Source: Cycas panzhihuaensis (lineage: Eukaryota; Plantae; Cycadophyta). Taken from it: DNA of 64,000 bases. This document shows positions 25,766 to 39,229 of the stretch, piece by piece (the first letter of the stretch is position 1; each line of letters opens with the position of its first letter). The translations under genes were made by a program, and so were the position numbers. The stretch is taken from NCBI GenBank assembly GCA_023213395.1, contig CM041465.1:184519741-184583740 (forward strand). The letters are read 5' to 3'. The notes beneath the pieces were generated by a model. That model did no database searches. It was not told where the DNA came from and saw nothing but the letters and a program-made list of their open reading frames with translations.

Positions 25766-26419
25766 GAAGGCAGAGTGAATGAATATTTTGTTTATTGATT
25801 ATATGCTTTGTTTTCCTTTTCCCTTCTTACATCCTCACACAAGAAAAAAATAGATATTTGGAAGTTAATAAAGTAAGTCTTGATCTTAAAACTTATGATT
25901 CTCTTCTATCCTTTCACTTTCTCTTGAGTACATTTAAAAGATTAGAAAAGAAAAGTAAAAGACTAAGCAATAGGATAAATGTAAGTACAACTTAAACACC
26001 TAGATATTCTTTGTCTCTTGTGATTAGTAGTATTTTGCTCTGATTCTTAAACCATTTAAGAAAACATAAAGTGAAATGGGAAGGAATCATATTTTGCATT
26101 TCATATGGTTTTATTGGTTGCATGTTTATTTTATGCTATATTAGTTCAAATTAAGAATGTATACTAGTTTATGCATCTAATATTAGCTTGTTGATACTTA
26201 ATTTAAACAAATTAGATTTAGATTTATCTCTTTTTAATGTGTATACAAAACATATTATAACATGCATTCATTTAATTTCTTCTCTATAGATTGAACTCAA
26301 AAGTAGATAAGATCCCATTTTAGGGATTGGTTAAAAGGGTTACTCCTTGAGACCAATTACTCTAGTTTTCTCTAATCATAGAGTTACTCTAAGGTAATTG
26401 GCCCCAAGCTAGTAAACCA
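25766..26419 (+). repeat. 3' end of the putative 3' LTR of element B
   Basis: Matches 7884-8521; not followed by a PBS but by mid-gag sequence of element C. Confidence 0.8.
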
Positions 26420-29214
26420 ATTATATAGGTGCAAGTGACTATCCTCTTACTAAAGATTCTATATATCCCTAAGGGGTGGTGTCTTACCCAGTCATTCCTA
26501 CTCCATAGGTCTACATTATAGGGCCTTATCTAACTAAGCCTAAAGCCAATATAATCCCTCCTACACGTAACCTTAGATCTTAACCTTTATGGTTGAATAT
26601 ACAACAAGTCCATAGCCTTAAATACAACTTCACTGTCCTTATTGTTCTTCATTACCAATGAGATCCTATCTAGATTATAAAAAGTACTCCTTTCTAAAAG
26701 TGGTCCTTATGTATCCACTTCCTTACATCATACCAAAGCTTCTAAAGTTTTATAAAGAGGTAAGGAAGGATCTTGCTGGCCATGTTTAAGATCTTACTCT
26801 AGCTTATTCATATTACCTTCTATATGGCTATGCTATGATAAGAATCTTTCTAAAAGGCTTACTAGGCAATGCTCAGAAATGGTTCTATAGGTTACTTGAC
26901 ACCTCCATCTTTTCCTTCTAGTAGCTCTTTGATATATTTATTAACAACTTTAATATAATTCACTTGTTTGAGACTGGGGTAAAAGTCCTTTTTCTCTATA
27001 AAATAAAGCATTAAAAAATCTAGTCAAAACTTTATATATAGGTTTTAGGAGCTAGTTTACATATACTAAAGGCCTCTAGTAGGTGATATCCAAAGAGTCA
27101 TTTGGAATAACCCCTTTAGGTAAAGTTACCTTATCCATGACTCTTAAAGGCAAAAGGATCATGACTAAATTGACCATTACAAATATATATATTAAGTATA
27201 ACATGTTATTAGGTAGGCTTATATAAACTAAATATCAATAGTATGCTCATATTTCTTTGGCCAAATTTAATTAATATGTGATAGAGAGGTCAAGTAGTTA
27301 GGCACAACTACAAAACCTATCAAGATTATGTTTCTACAATCAACATTATCCTAGATAATAATTGCTCTAAGCCTCCCTTCATTATAGTTGGCTTTAGTTA
27401 ATATTGCTTGATCGAGCTACCCAACATAGGTGGTGTACTCAAAGTAAAGGGAGTTAACATGATTACTAAGTCCATTTAGAACCTTTGACTATTTTAAAAA
27501 TAATAAATGTATCTTAGAACACCTATTAGGGTTGTCACCTAGCTTACCTCTAATTACTATAAACTTAATTTTTCCAAGTTCATTCGCCCATATTCACACT
27601 TGGCCTTTGAGGATCATGGTGGCCCTAAAGCCCTTCCTTCTATTGATCTCATACCTTCTCACTTTGAGGAGGGTAGTACACTATTGCTAGGGAAGATAAT
27701 TAATATAGACCTTAGAATTATTGATGATCCCTAAATCATCAAAGTAGGGGTTAAGTTCTCCCTAGAGAAGATCCAATAAATCAGAGAACTCCATATAGTG
27801 TTTTGATTTATTTTAATATAGGAATATTCTAATGTAAAGGGACTCTAACTAGATGTGGTTATCTATAATATTACTATAATCCATAGTGCCATGTCTAGTG
27901 CCAACAATGATAGCCCTTTCACCCTTGTATCTTGGCTACCATCAAGTTAGAGGTCAAAAAATTACTTAAGGCCAAGTTTATTGAGTTTATAGGCCACCCT
28001 CAGTGGGTGTCTAACATTATCCCAATCATTAAGAAGAATTGTGTAGTATGTATTTATATTGATTTTTGAGATATCAATGATGCATATCTAAAGGAAAATT
28101 TTCTTATGACCTTAATCAACTAAACCCTTGAATAATATACTAACTTTGAGGTCATGTCCCTCATGGATAATTTCTTATGTTATACTAAAATATTCATATG
28201 CCCTAAGGACTATCACATGGTTACTTTGATCACTCTATAGGGGAACTTCATCTATAAGGTTATACCTTTCAATGTCAAGAATAGAAATGTTATCTATTAA
28301 TGATCCATGTATTATATCTTCCATTACTTAATTGGTAAGACCATAGAAGTCTACTTGAATGACCTATTAGGTCTCTCTAGGAGCTATAAAGACCATATAT
28401 ATGGCCTCTCATTAATGTTTGAGAGGTGGAAAAAGTACTAGTTATGTCTAAATCCTCTCAAGTTCATCTTTTCTATAACTTCTAATAAAATTCTAGATAA
28501 TACCATCTCTAAGGAGGGCACTAGAATTGACCTTGATAAAGTCAAAGCCATTGTAGAAATACCCCTACTTACAACCCAAAAGTGAGCTAACTCCTTCTTA
28601 ATGTAATTGGGTTTCTTACATGGGTTCCTTATAAACTTTACATTCAATGATAATCCTATGACCAATTTTCTCAAGAAAGCTACCCTAATTCTCTAGACTT
28701 TAAAAGTATAGTAATATTTTAACAATATTAAATAAGGCTTAATCTTTGCTCTTGTTTTAGTTCCACCTAGATTTGATAGGTGTTTCATTCTACATACTTC
28801 TACTATCAAAGAGTCACTTGGGACCATGCTTGGTTAAGAAGATGATTTCAATTATAAATACACTATCTATTTTATCAATAAAAATTTAGTTAGCGTAAAG
28901 ATGAACTATACAATCACTAAGAAGGAACCCAACTTTGGTCTTTTCCACTAAGAAACTAAGGTATTACATATTAGGAAACATCACTTAGGTAATTGATTAA
29001 ACAAACCTCATCCATCTCCTTCTTATAAATACTAATGTGACTAGTCGATTGAGAAAATGGGCCATGTTCCTTTAAAGGTTTGATCTTGAAATAGTTAATT
29101 ATAAGTTTAATAAGGAAATAACTATAGTAGAGTAATTACTAACCTCATCCTTTTCCAATGAGTTTGATAAGGAGCTAGATGAGTTTTTACCTATGAGTAT
29201 ATTTTCTGTATTAA
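26420..29214 (+). pseudogene. Element C, left part: degenerate Tat-type gag fragment, PR C-terminus, RT, RH
   Basis: Gag similar to A/B at ~26660-27100; LGKVTL..MLLGR (PR) at ~27115-27230; QWVSNIIP, YIDF and YLND (28352-28363) in RT; RH ~28780-29100. Confidence 0.88.
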
Positions 29215-29644
29215 TGTTAGATAATAATATCTAATTATAATAGATGTTATCCCTAACCAATTCTATAGTCTCTCAATATCACATGAATATTATATTGTAG
29301 TCACCTTAACATGTGTATCACTTACAAAGTATACCAATACATGAAGGTTGACCTTAGAGGGTTCTCTACATGAGGTGAGGTGTTCTATAAATATATACAT
29401 AATTCTTTTAATAAGATGAAAATTGGCTATTCTTCTACATATCCATTATAATTATACTTGTATATATTCATCTTACTATGTATCATTTGTTCATCTTACA
29501 CTCATCTCCTTTGTCTATTATATGTCCTTATTAGATCCAATTTTCACAATTCATTACTTCTACTTATTATCTCCAACATATTAGTATCAAAATATCATCC
29601 ACAAATTTAATATAATAGTATCAAAGTGAATATCATAACCAATA
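29215..29644 (+). repeat. 5' LTR of element F
   Basis: Direct repeat of 48574-48996. Confidence 0.88.
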
Positions 29645-30000
29645 TATTAGTATTAAAGCCCATGGTTGAATCCTTTGGAAGACTTATGCAGAGCCTATTT
29701 TTTAAAATATTTTTTAGAGTAAATTTTAATGCTATTTTTAGAATCCTTATAGTGCCTTTTTAGTGACCTACATCATGTCTTTTTGAAAAAAAAATTCAAT
29801 ATTTTTAGAGCTATTTTTTAACATTGCTGATGTAAGTTTTTTTTGATAAGGTAAAAATGAATTATAAGTGGGTTTGAAGCAGGGTCCCACAACCTAGTAC
29901 ATCAATAATCTTTGAGCTTTCCCGTTATAGATAACTGTGACATCCCCATAGTCTAGGAAATGAAACAATTTCGCAAGGACAAGCCCCATGGCTAGCTATC

Positions 30001-33000
30001 TCAGATCCTATCCTTATCAACCGGAACCATGAGATCCTCAGGAAAATCAAACCTCCAAATGGTGTCTTCCTTTTGTCTAACCCCCCAATTTGCCCAAAAG
30101 TCAGCCGCTTTGTTTCCCTCTCTTAATGTGTGCTTTATCTGGACTTCTTCCAGTCCCTTAAGACTCTCCTTCGCGTCATTGATCATGGTTTGAAATCTCC
30201 AATTCAGAAGGGCTGATCCTTTCAGCGAATTAATAACCGTCTCTAAGTCTCTCTCAATTACCAAATGCCTAGACCCTCCAACTAGGGCTAAGTCAATGGC
30301 TTTAATCATGGCATTCATTTCCGTAAAATGGTTCATTTGGTGATCATAATATTCTGTGAAGGCCCAAATAGGGTTACTAAGATTGTCTCTACATATACCC
30401 CCTCCCCCAGCCTCTCTTGGGTTCCCCTTTGATGCACCGTCAAAATTAATTTTTACCCAAGATTCCTGAGGAGGCGACCAGTGATTAAGTCTTACCTTGG
30501 TGGCCTCATATAGTGGCTCTATATCCCACTTTAATAGGATCATATTATCTATCAGGGTGGTATGTTTTTCCTTAATGTTTCTAACATTTTCCCTGATGTT
30601 AATGGAGATTTTTCTGAAGATAGTGTACTGGTCCATCTGTCTCCCTTGGAAGATTCTTCAATTTCTCTCCTTCCATATGTTCCACGATAATATTAGAAAT
30701 GCACTCTTCCAGATGTTGCTTAAGACTTTGCTTCTGAATGGACTTTGCTAAGCAAATCATTGGTCAACTGCCTTTTCAGAAAAGGTCCATCAAACCTCTA
30801 GTTTATCTAATAGCAACCCCCATGCTTCTCTCGAATATGGGCACCCAAGTAGAATGTGGTCCAAGGATTCTTCCTCTTTGCAACACAGAATGCATCTGTT
30901 AGTCATATGGAAGCCTCTCTTTTTAAGGTTATCCATAGTAAGGATTTTATTCCTTAAACAGATCCACCAAAAAATTGTAATCTTAGGGATAAGTGAGAGC
31001 TTCCATATGCCTTCCAGTAATTCATTCTTCTGATCTCCTCTAACCAAGCATAAGAAATAGTAATGCCCCCAGATAGGCTTAAGGGCCACACCACAGTGTC
31101 TGAGGAGGGTATCCTAGGGATGTAACATTTATCCAGAATCCTTTTGATTTTGGAGAGGCCATCCTAGAGAAGTTTCTCCTCCTGGAATTCCTCAAAATTT
31201 ATCTAGCTTCTTTCTCTCCCTGTCCCCATCTAATACTCCTTCACTAAGGAGCCATATTTCCTCACACAGGGCTCCTGGATGGGGGTAAGGTCTGGGAATA
31301 GTTTTAAGGCCTTGTCACAGCACCACGCATCCTCCCAGAACTTAATGGTGCTTCCATCACCCAATCTCCATTTTAACCCCTCTGTAACAGCATTCCATGC
31401 TTTTAGGATGCTTCTCCATATGACTTAACTAACCATAGGAGGAAGGATTTCGGTGAGAGAACCACCTTGAAGATATTTCCATGTGAGAATCTTCTCCCAT
31501 AGTTTCTCTCCCCCTTTAACAAGATGCCAACCCAGTTTGGCCCCTAGAGGAGCATTAAAAGCTGGGACCCTTCTCAAGTTAAGGCCACCAACCCATTTCA
31601 GAGAACAAACATTTTTCCATCTCACCAGGTGTATCCTATCTTTGTCCTCTACCCCAGACCATAGGAATCTCTTCTGGATGGTTTCTAAAGTAGCCGAGAT
31701 TCTAGATGACAATCTAAAGATAGACATCCAGTATACTGGAATACTCTGGAGTGTAGAAGCCACTAGGTGTAACTTTCCAGCTAGACTTAGGAGAGCGTCT
31801 TTCCAACCTGCTAGCTTCCTTTGCATCCTATCGATAAGGGGATTCCAAATATCCTTGGACATTTTTGCATTGTAGAGAGGTAAACCAAGGTAGGTTGTGG
31901 GGAGCTTCTTGATGCCCATCTCTAAAATCCTACTTATCCTACCCTGGGTACCCCACGGGGTGTTTATAAAGTAGACGCTACTCTTGTTCAAGCTGATCTT
32001 CTGGTTTGTAGCCCTCTCAAAATATCCTAAGATCTCCTTAAATTTACATGCCTCTTTGATGGTTGCCTTCCCTAAAAAGATATTATCATCAACAAATTGG
32101 TGGTGGACAACATTGTCCACTCCTGATGTCAGTTTTATACCTTTAATAATCCCTTGTCTTCTGGTAGCCTCCATAGTTCTACCCAATATTTTAGCCATAG
32201 TTATGTAAAGAAAGGGGGAGAGAGGGTCACCTTGTCTCAACCCCCTAAAGCCTGGGAAAAACCTGGAAGAGGATTCATTGATAATGATTGAGTATTGCGG
32301 GCTACCTATGCAGAGATTGATCAAAGTCCAGCATATATCTCCAAAGCCAAATGGCTCTAAGCATTCTAAGAGGGAAATCCCAAGAGACCCTGTCGAAGGC
32401 CTTTGTAAGGTTAATCTTAATGAGCATCGTAGGCTCCTTCCTTTCCTTAACTGAATGGATTATTTTGTGGACCACTATGAAGCCATCATAGATCTGTTTG
32501 CCCTGGAGGAAACCATCCTGGTTCTGAGAGATGATATTTGGCATGAGCTTCTTTAGTTTATTGGTCAGAACCTTGGTTAAGATCTTATATTTGACATTGC
32601 AAAGACTAATAGGCTAGTACTCCTCCATTTTCTTCGCCCCTTCTTTTCTTGGGATGAGAATAAGGAATGTTGTTAGCCATTCCTGAAGAATCTTATGATT
32701 TGTATAGAATTCTTGCAGAGCCTCCATGAGATCACTCTTTATGATATCCCAAAACTCCTGAAAGAACCCCAAAGGAAAACTATTGGGGCCCAGAGCTTTG
32801 TCTCTCTTCATATCAAAGAGATCCTTTCTAACCTCATCCTATGAAAAAGGGGCTGTCAGCCTTGCATTTTAAGAATCGTTCACTAGTCTGGGAATGTTTT
32901 TTAAAAAGTCTTTCCTTCTGTCCTTGTCACCATCCTGCAGCTCTGTAAATAAGTCTGAGAAGTAATCTCTAGCCAGTTCCTTCATGTCCTTCATGGTACT

Positions 33001-34174
33001 TACTATTAGGCAGTCTTCTCTTTGGAGGTTGGTTATTCTATTGCTAGCTCTATGCTTTGCAGTGGTCATGTGAAAGAATTTGGTGTTTCTGTCTCCTTCA
33101 GCCAATCATAATGCCCTGGAATTTTGTCTCCAGTGTATTTCCTCTCTGATGAGGATCTCCTCTAAACTCTCGACCAACTCCTTCTCGGTCTTATCGAGAG
33201 CTATAGATCTGCCCTCCTGCTATATCCTATCCCCTATCACTTGTATGCCCAAGATGGTTTTATCCTTGAGTACTTGTATGTTTTGAAAAACTTCCTTGTT
33301 CCATACTTTTATTTGCCTTTTTACCCAATCTAATTTCTTTGAGAATCTATACATAGCATGGCCTCAAATTTGAACACCCCACCATTCCTCAATCTTGTTG
33401 CAGAGGTCAGGGTGTCTTAGCCACATCATTTCAAACCTGAAAGGAGACCCATTAAATTTTTCCAAGTCTGAGAATTGAAATGGAAGTGGAGAGTGATCAG
33501 AATTTAATCTCAGCAAAGCCTCCAGGGAAAAATCCTTAAAACTTCTTAGCTAGTCATAATTGACCAATACCCTATCTAGTCTGATTTAGATTAGACGTCC
33601 CCCAATATGCTTGTTAGACCATGTATATGAAGCCCTCCTAAGCTTCACATCCTCCAAACCCCCTTGTTGCAGGAAGCCCCCGAACTCATTCATGCTACTG
33701 GTCCAACCTTCTGTACCCCCTCTTTTATCACCTGGGCACAATGCCATATTGAAATCTCCCGCCAACAACTAAGGGGCTCCATAGTCCCTATGGACTTCTA
33801 ATATCTTGTCCTATAACCTCTTCCTGGCCTCTTGAAGGTTTGGGGCATAGACGTTGGTGACTAGCCACCTGAGATTGTTACTTTAGTGAGTGAGCCACAA
33901 AGAGACAAAGGAATCCTCCACCAAGTGAATTTCTCCAGACCAAACATTCGAGCCCCATAGCACCATTAGACCCCCAACTCCTTGAGTATAACCAACATCT
34001 ATACCCTCCACTTTCCTCCATATTTTATTTTTGATCCTTGGGCTATTTACCTTCCTTAACTTTGTTTCCTATAAAAAACATTAAATCTGGGCGGTGCCTA
34101 ACCCTCATATCCCTAACAATTTTCTGTTTCGAGGGGGCATTCAGTCCCCTAACATTCCACAATATTATTTTCAT
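30001..34174 (-). pseudogene. LINE ORF2 (APE endonuclease, RT, zf-RVT, RNase H), disrupted
   Basis: MKIILWNVRGLNAP start, GDFN, GLRQGDPLSPFLY, HHQFVDD, RCILCCKEEESLDHI, WVKINFDGASKGNP. Confidence 0.95.
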
Positions 34175-34249
34175 CTCTTTCTTCTTTGCTTCTAGACTTT
34201 TCCAGTTTACCCTTTCGGAGGGTCTCTTCCTTCTATTCTGGATCTGAGA

Positions 34250-35872
34250 TTAGGCCCTTCAGGAAAGGCATCATTTAGAGTTTTCTGGCTTTCTTGATCC
34301 ACCTGGGTAGCCACCTCTCTTTCTCTAAGAAGTTTCAGGGGGGGCCTGCCCACCCGCTTCTCAGCACCCACATCCACTGTCTTCTTCTAGGGTTGTATCA
34401 TATGTGCTAGGGTATATTAGTCCGATGACACAGGCCCAACTGGAGTAAAGACCCCAAGACCTCCAATGCCCTTCGGGCATGCTGGGGTCTCTAATTCTTA
34501 AGCAGCCTATCCCCTTGCAACAGAAAGAGAGTCCTTCTCATTTAGGGGAGGCATGCCCACCTACTTCTTAACGCCCATGTCTGGTGCCTTCTTCAGGGTT
34601 GCTGCTGTATGTGGAGCCGACGACCTAGGCCCAATTGAAGAGAGAGTCCCAAGGCCACCAACCCCCATCGGGTGGGCTGGGGCCTCTAGTTCCTAAGTGG
34701 CCTACACCACTGCATCTACAAGAGAGTCCTCCTTATCCAAGGAAGGCTTGTCCACCTACTTCTCAACACCTACGTGGGAAGCCATCATCTAGGACTCAAC
34801 TGTATATGGAGCTGATGACCTGGGTCTGACTGAAGAGAGAGCCCCAATGCCCCCAACCCCTCCCTTTAGGGCCGAGGCCTCGGAAGCTTGGAATACTTGC
34901 TCCTCTTCCTCAAAGAGAGTGCCTTCCTTGTTTGGATCGAAGCCAAGATCCAAGGGAGGAGCACTTTGCAGTTTTGGGGGGGGGCTCAACTTGGTCCTTT
35001 GTAACTTCAGGGGCCGGGGTGTTCCCTTGGATCTTATGTGTCTGTCCTTCCATCCTTATATCAATGGTTTCTGTTGCCTCTTGGGTTTTTAGCTCATTGG
35101 AGAACCTTTGCATCCCTTCCATTGGGTTTTTTACTCCAGGGCATTTCTGTGGTAAGTGGCATAGATTTCTGCAAGATGAGCATCTGAAATGCTCCATTTC
35201 GTATACCAATGGTTGTGCCCAAGACCCGTCTGCTGTGTCTAACCATAAGTCATCCAAGAGGGGTTTGTCGATCTTAACCAGGGCACAAAACCTGGCATTT
35301 ATGAGTCTACTTCTATTCTTGGTTACCGAGTCTATAGCAAGAAGAGGGCCCATAACTTTTGCGATTCCTTTAAGGACTTCAGGGTTCTAGTGATGCAAGG
35401 GAAGACCCAACAATTGGATCCATATGGGTGCTTGCCTGATTTTAGGGACTGAAGGATCAAAATCCCTATGCCATTTTTCAAGGGTTAAGGCTTTTTTACC
35501 AAGTATCTAAGGCGCCCTTAAGAGTATGTTGGTCATGTCCTCATAGGAAAAGAATTTAAATAAGACACAACCCTTTGACATCATAATCACTTCCACACTT
35601 CCTACAATTTTCCATTTGATCCTAACCCAGCTTCTAATGGTTTCCAGCCCTAGTCTAGGTCTAGAGAATCTACCACCAAGACAGTTCTCCCAATATTTCT
35701 CAGTTTTATCCACCAGATCCTGAGGGATTTTTAATCTGACTTTATTGTCTTGAATTACGGGGGTTAGGTCATGTGTTTCTTCTTCATTTGTTCTCAACAC
35801 ATCGCAGTAAGATCTCCCTTGCAAAGGATTAGGGTTCTAGTTCTGGTTTTGGAGTAGCTGGTCCTTATCCAT
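34250..35872 (-). pseudogene. LINE ORF1 (DUF4283-like domain + CCHC knuckle), disrupted
   Basis: WENCLGGRF...RSWVRIKWK...LFKF; VYEMEHFRCSSCRNLCHLPQKC. Confidence 0.88.
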
Positions 35873-38763
35873 TCTTTAAAAAAACTAAAAAATAAATATG
35901 TAAACTCCATGCAAAGTTAATAGGGTCTTACCATATCCCTGGATTTAGCACAAAAACCTCAGCCTCAACCCTTCTTACTGGTTTGAATGATAAGTCCTCA
36001 ATCCAGATTCGATGTGCCAATGTTTCAATCTCCCTTCTTATGACTTTGACGGTGAAGTCATCAACTTCAAACTTTACATCTAGCAGGTCCTTCCTCAGTT
36101 TTCCTCTCTTCTGAATTTAGAATAAAATAGTGCATGTCTTGTAGTACTGGTCACACCACTGTGAAAACTGTGTTTTGATCACCTCACCAACAACTAACTT
36201 GCTCCAGCCTGTGAAGCTCAACCTACCAACTGTGGCTTATACCTTGCTCTTAACTCTGCACCTTGCTCATCCGTTCCTCTATATCTCTAACTTGGCATGA
36301 GTGTAGGGCTGTCCCGCACAAACAACAACTAGTCAGATTTGGGTGTCCTTATGTCTTCGCAGAAAGGGATGCCATGGCATCTTGTTACCTTGCATGCTGC
36401 CTAGTGCCGCCACCCGAAGAAACTTTGGCTCTAACCTTAAACGCAGAGTAGCTCTCATCTTGCCGTCTCCCCATTGCTGATGTAAGTTTAGGGGATATTT
36501 TTTTTTTTAATATTTTGATGTATTTTGGGGGTTTCTTTTACTATTATTTTTGAGTTATTTAAGGGGTTATTTTGAAGCTACATAAAGCCAAATAAAGGTG
36601 GATTTTTTGATGAGTTGAAAAATGCTTTTCTATGACTCATTCTCTATACATTTGGGATGATACAAATATTACATATAGGTTCTTTATTAAGGTAATAAAA
36701 ACATGTAGCTTAAAATCTATTCTTAGAGTAAAGTAGACCAAATTAGTTACTCATGTATGCTTGATCATCTTGCAAAGGCAAAACGTTTGCTATCAAAAAT
36801 TGAGAAGAAAATTAAAGTTTTAATGGTTTTTTGAAGCCTAGTTTTTTTACCAATATATGTTTATTTGAAGAAGTTTATAAACCCTAAAATGGGCATGCTA
36901 AAAATAAGGGGAAGGTGGATGAATTATTTTTGTTTGGATTGATATTTTTGTTTTCCTTATAATATATTGCATCATACATTTACTTTTTGTAAAAAAAAAA
37001 GGATCTAGTAGAGAAGTTTATCTATCCGCTCTACTTGATTGAATGATGCTTGAAATATTAAGGAAAAAAAAGAAGGAAATTTATGGCAATTGCTTCTTAA
37101 GAAAAATGATGGGTGGGGAATATTTATTAATATGAAATATTCTCTTGGTTTTCCAATGGTCTTGTTACGAATTTAAGAATTCGTTATATATAAGTATGGA
37201 CAAATTTCTTAGATTTAAAAGACTAGTATGGCTTATATGTAAAGTTGTCTTTAGAATTGAGGAAAGAAGTATCCAAGCTTGAAATGTAGAGACTCATAAA
37301 AGACTAATATGAATAAGTTTAATGAAATCTATTAATTGCTCATGGAGGAGATTCATCAAAGAAAGTCTTCAAAATTCCTTGGCCTTAATCCTTGAAGTAG
37401 ATTCCTATGGGATTATTACATTTTAAAGAGTAAAATATGAGAGTGAAAGGAAATTCTAGAATATGTCATTCTATTAAAACTTTATAAGCTCATTCAAAAG
37501 GTGCAAACACTAATACAAATTTTGAAAGAGATGAAGAAAACTATTAAAGAGTGTAGATGGGACCAAGAACTAGAAATAACATCCATGGAGGAGATTATAG
37601 ATCATACCCCATAAAGATTATTGGTAGATAAAAAGTATGAAATGCTTTGAGAGCCATAGCCAAAGAGAATAGAGGAGGAATCTGGTAGGTATATAAGATA
37701 TGCATTGAATGAGAGAAGTTGAGTATGAATCCTAATTAGTAATAGAATGTGAAAATAAAATTTTGATTGACACACAAACAACCTATAAAAACATGCTATC
37801 GTTGACCTAAAAAACATGTAGAAATAAAAAGACAATGATGTAAAATCCTAATTTTTTTGGTGATTTTAATTTTTGGTAGTCGTAATTTTTTTTTTGGAAG
37901 TATTTAAGTTGTTTTTAATAAGTTCAAAATTTAATTAAACTAAAATAGATAAAAATTTGAAATCTACTAGCCCCTTATGATTTAGCCCCATAGTCATATG
38001 GAGCACTCGCATGACTTAATAACCCAATAGAAAAGAGGCTTAACATTATTCTTTTATCCCCCTTAATTTTATAAGAAGATAACATTTTTTTAATCATAAC
38101 TTGAACAAATAATGATGGATTTTAGAATTAAAAGAGGTGCTAGAATCCTAGTTCATTCCCCTTCAAAATGGTAGGTCACTTAAAAGTAATTTAGAGCTAA
38201 TTTATTGCAGAAACTTAATCTCAAAATCAATAAAAGTTTTAAAATAATTCTCTTTTATGAGTTTATCACTTTTGTGCACATATATTCTTTCTATTATTCT
38301 AAAGCATTTAATGATTATTTTATTGATGTAATAAATCCTAAAATTAGGAGAACATATAAAAACTTATGTTATAGGCTCTTTATAAGCTCTCGAGAACTCC
38401 AATTATTATTACAATTATCAAAAATTATCATGAGAGAGAGTTAATATTTATTAAGTCATATCTTTTCATGTCATGTTTAAGTCAGATTATGACATTGTTA
38501 TTATAATTGTTAGACTATGTGTACCTATAGAGGCACTTGTGAGGCCATAGAGCCCTTATATAAGGCCAATAAGGGATTTTTATTATGTAATTATAGTTTT
38601 AGATGCTGATGATGATGTATTTTTAGCTATTAATATCAAAGAAGCTACTCATAGTCCTATTTGGCAAGAGGTGGGACACTTTTCTATAGATACTCTTGTA
38701 TTCCTTTCCAACATACTTGTTTGGCCATATAGGATGATATATTCCTAGAGTGATGCTAATGTA

Positions 38764-39116
38764 TATTTAGGAACATAAAATCACATAGGTATGTTCCCAT
38801 TCGTAGAATCTTTAACCATACAGAACAAGTAAATAAGAATACACACAGAAAACATATGCATAGTATACATGTTTTACGTGGGAAAACCCTTTCGAGAAAA
38901 AGCCCACCACAAAAGATTCTTCTAGATCACATTTATTATTCCACAATGATTTAATATATAGATACACAAGGCCTCAAGTCTTTTATACTCTTCTAAGAGG
39001 TATCACCTAATTAGGGTTGTGACCCTCCGAATAAGTTACACCTTTTCACTTACTTAGCTTTGTTAAACCGTATTAACATTAATATAGTGGCTTAATAATT
39101 AATTACCACATTAATA
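38764..39116 (-). repeat. 3' LTR of element E
   Basis: About 85% similar by eye to 47992-48345. Confidence 0.88.
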
Positions 39117-39229
39117 TTCCTCTTTAATATGAATGTGGGGAGCTTTCTAATTGCAATAACTATCTTATCACGAAGGCTAGGACTATCTTGAAGCTTCTTT
39201 ATCCTTGTTGATACATCCCCCCTTAAGGA

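Larger units (their letters stand above)
7884..26419 (+). mobile_element. Element B: old autonomous-type Gypsy/Tat element (gag-PR-RT-RH-INT, then aRH); 5' LTR interrupted by A
   Basis: LTR segment 7884-8521 is repeated at 25766-26419. Degenerate PBS at 8526, complete pol domain order, PPT-like tract at 18625. The 18.6-25.7 kb interval contains other insertions and is not fully resolved. Confidence 0.7.
29840..36471 (-). mobile_element. Full-length L1-clade LINE with RNase H
   Basis: Perfect 18-bp TSD CATTGCTGATGTAAGTTT at 29822-29839 and 36472-36489; short poly(A) tail (T run ending 29844); ORF1 and ORF2 remnants. Confidence 0.96.
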
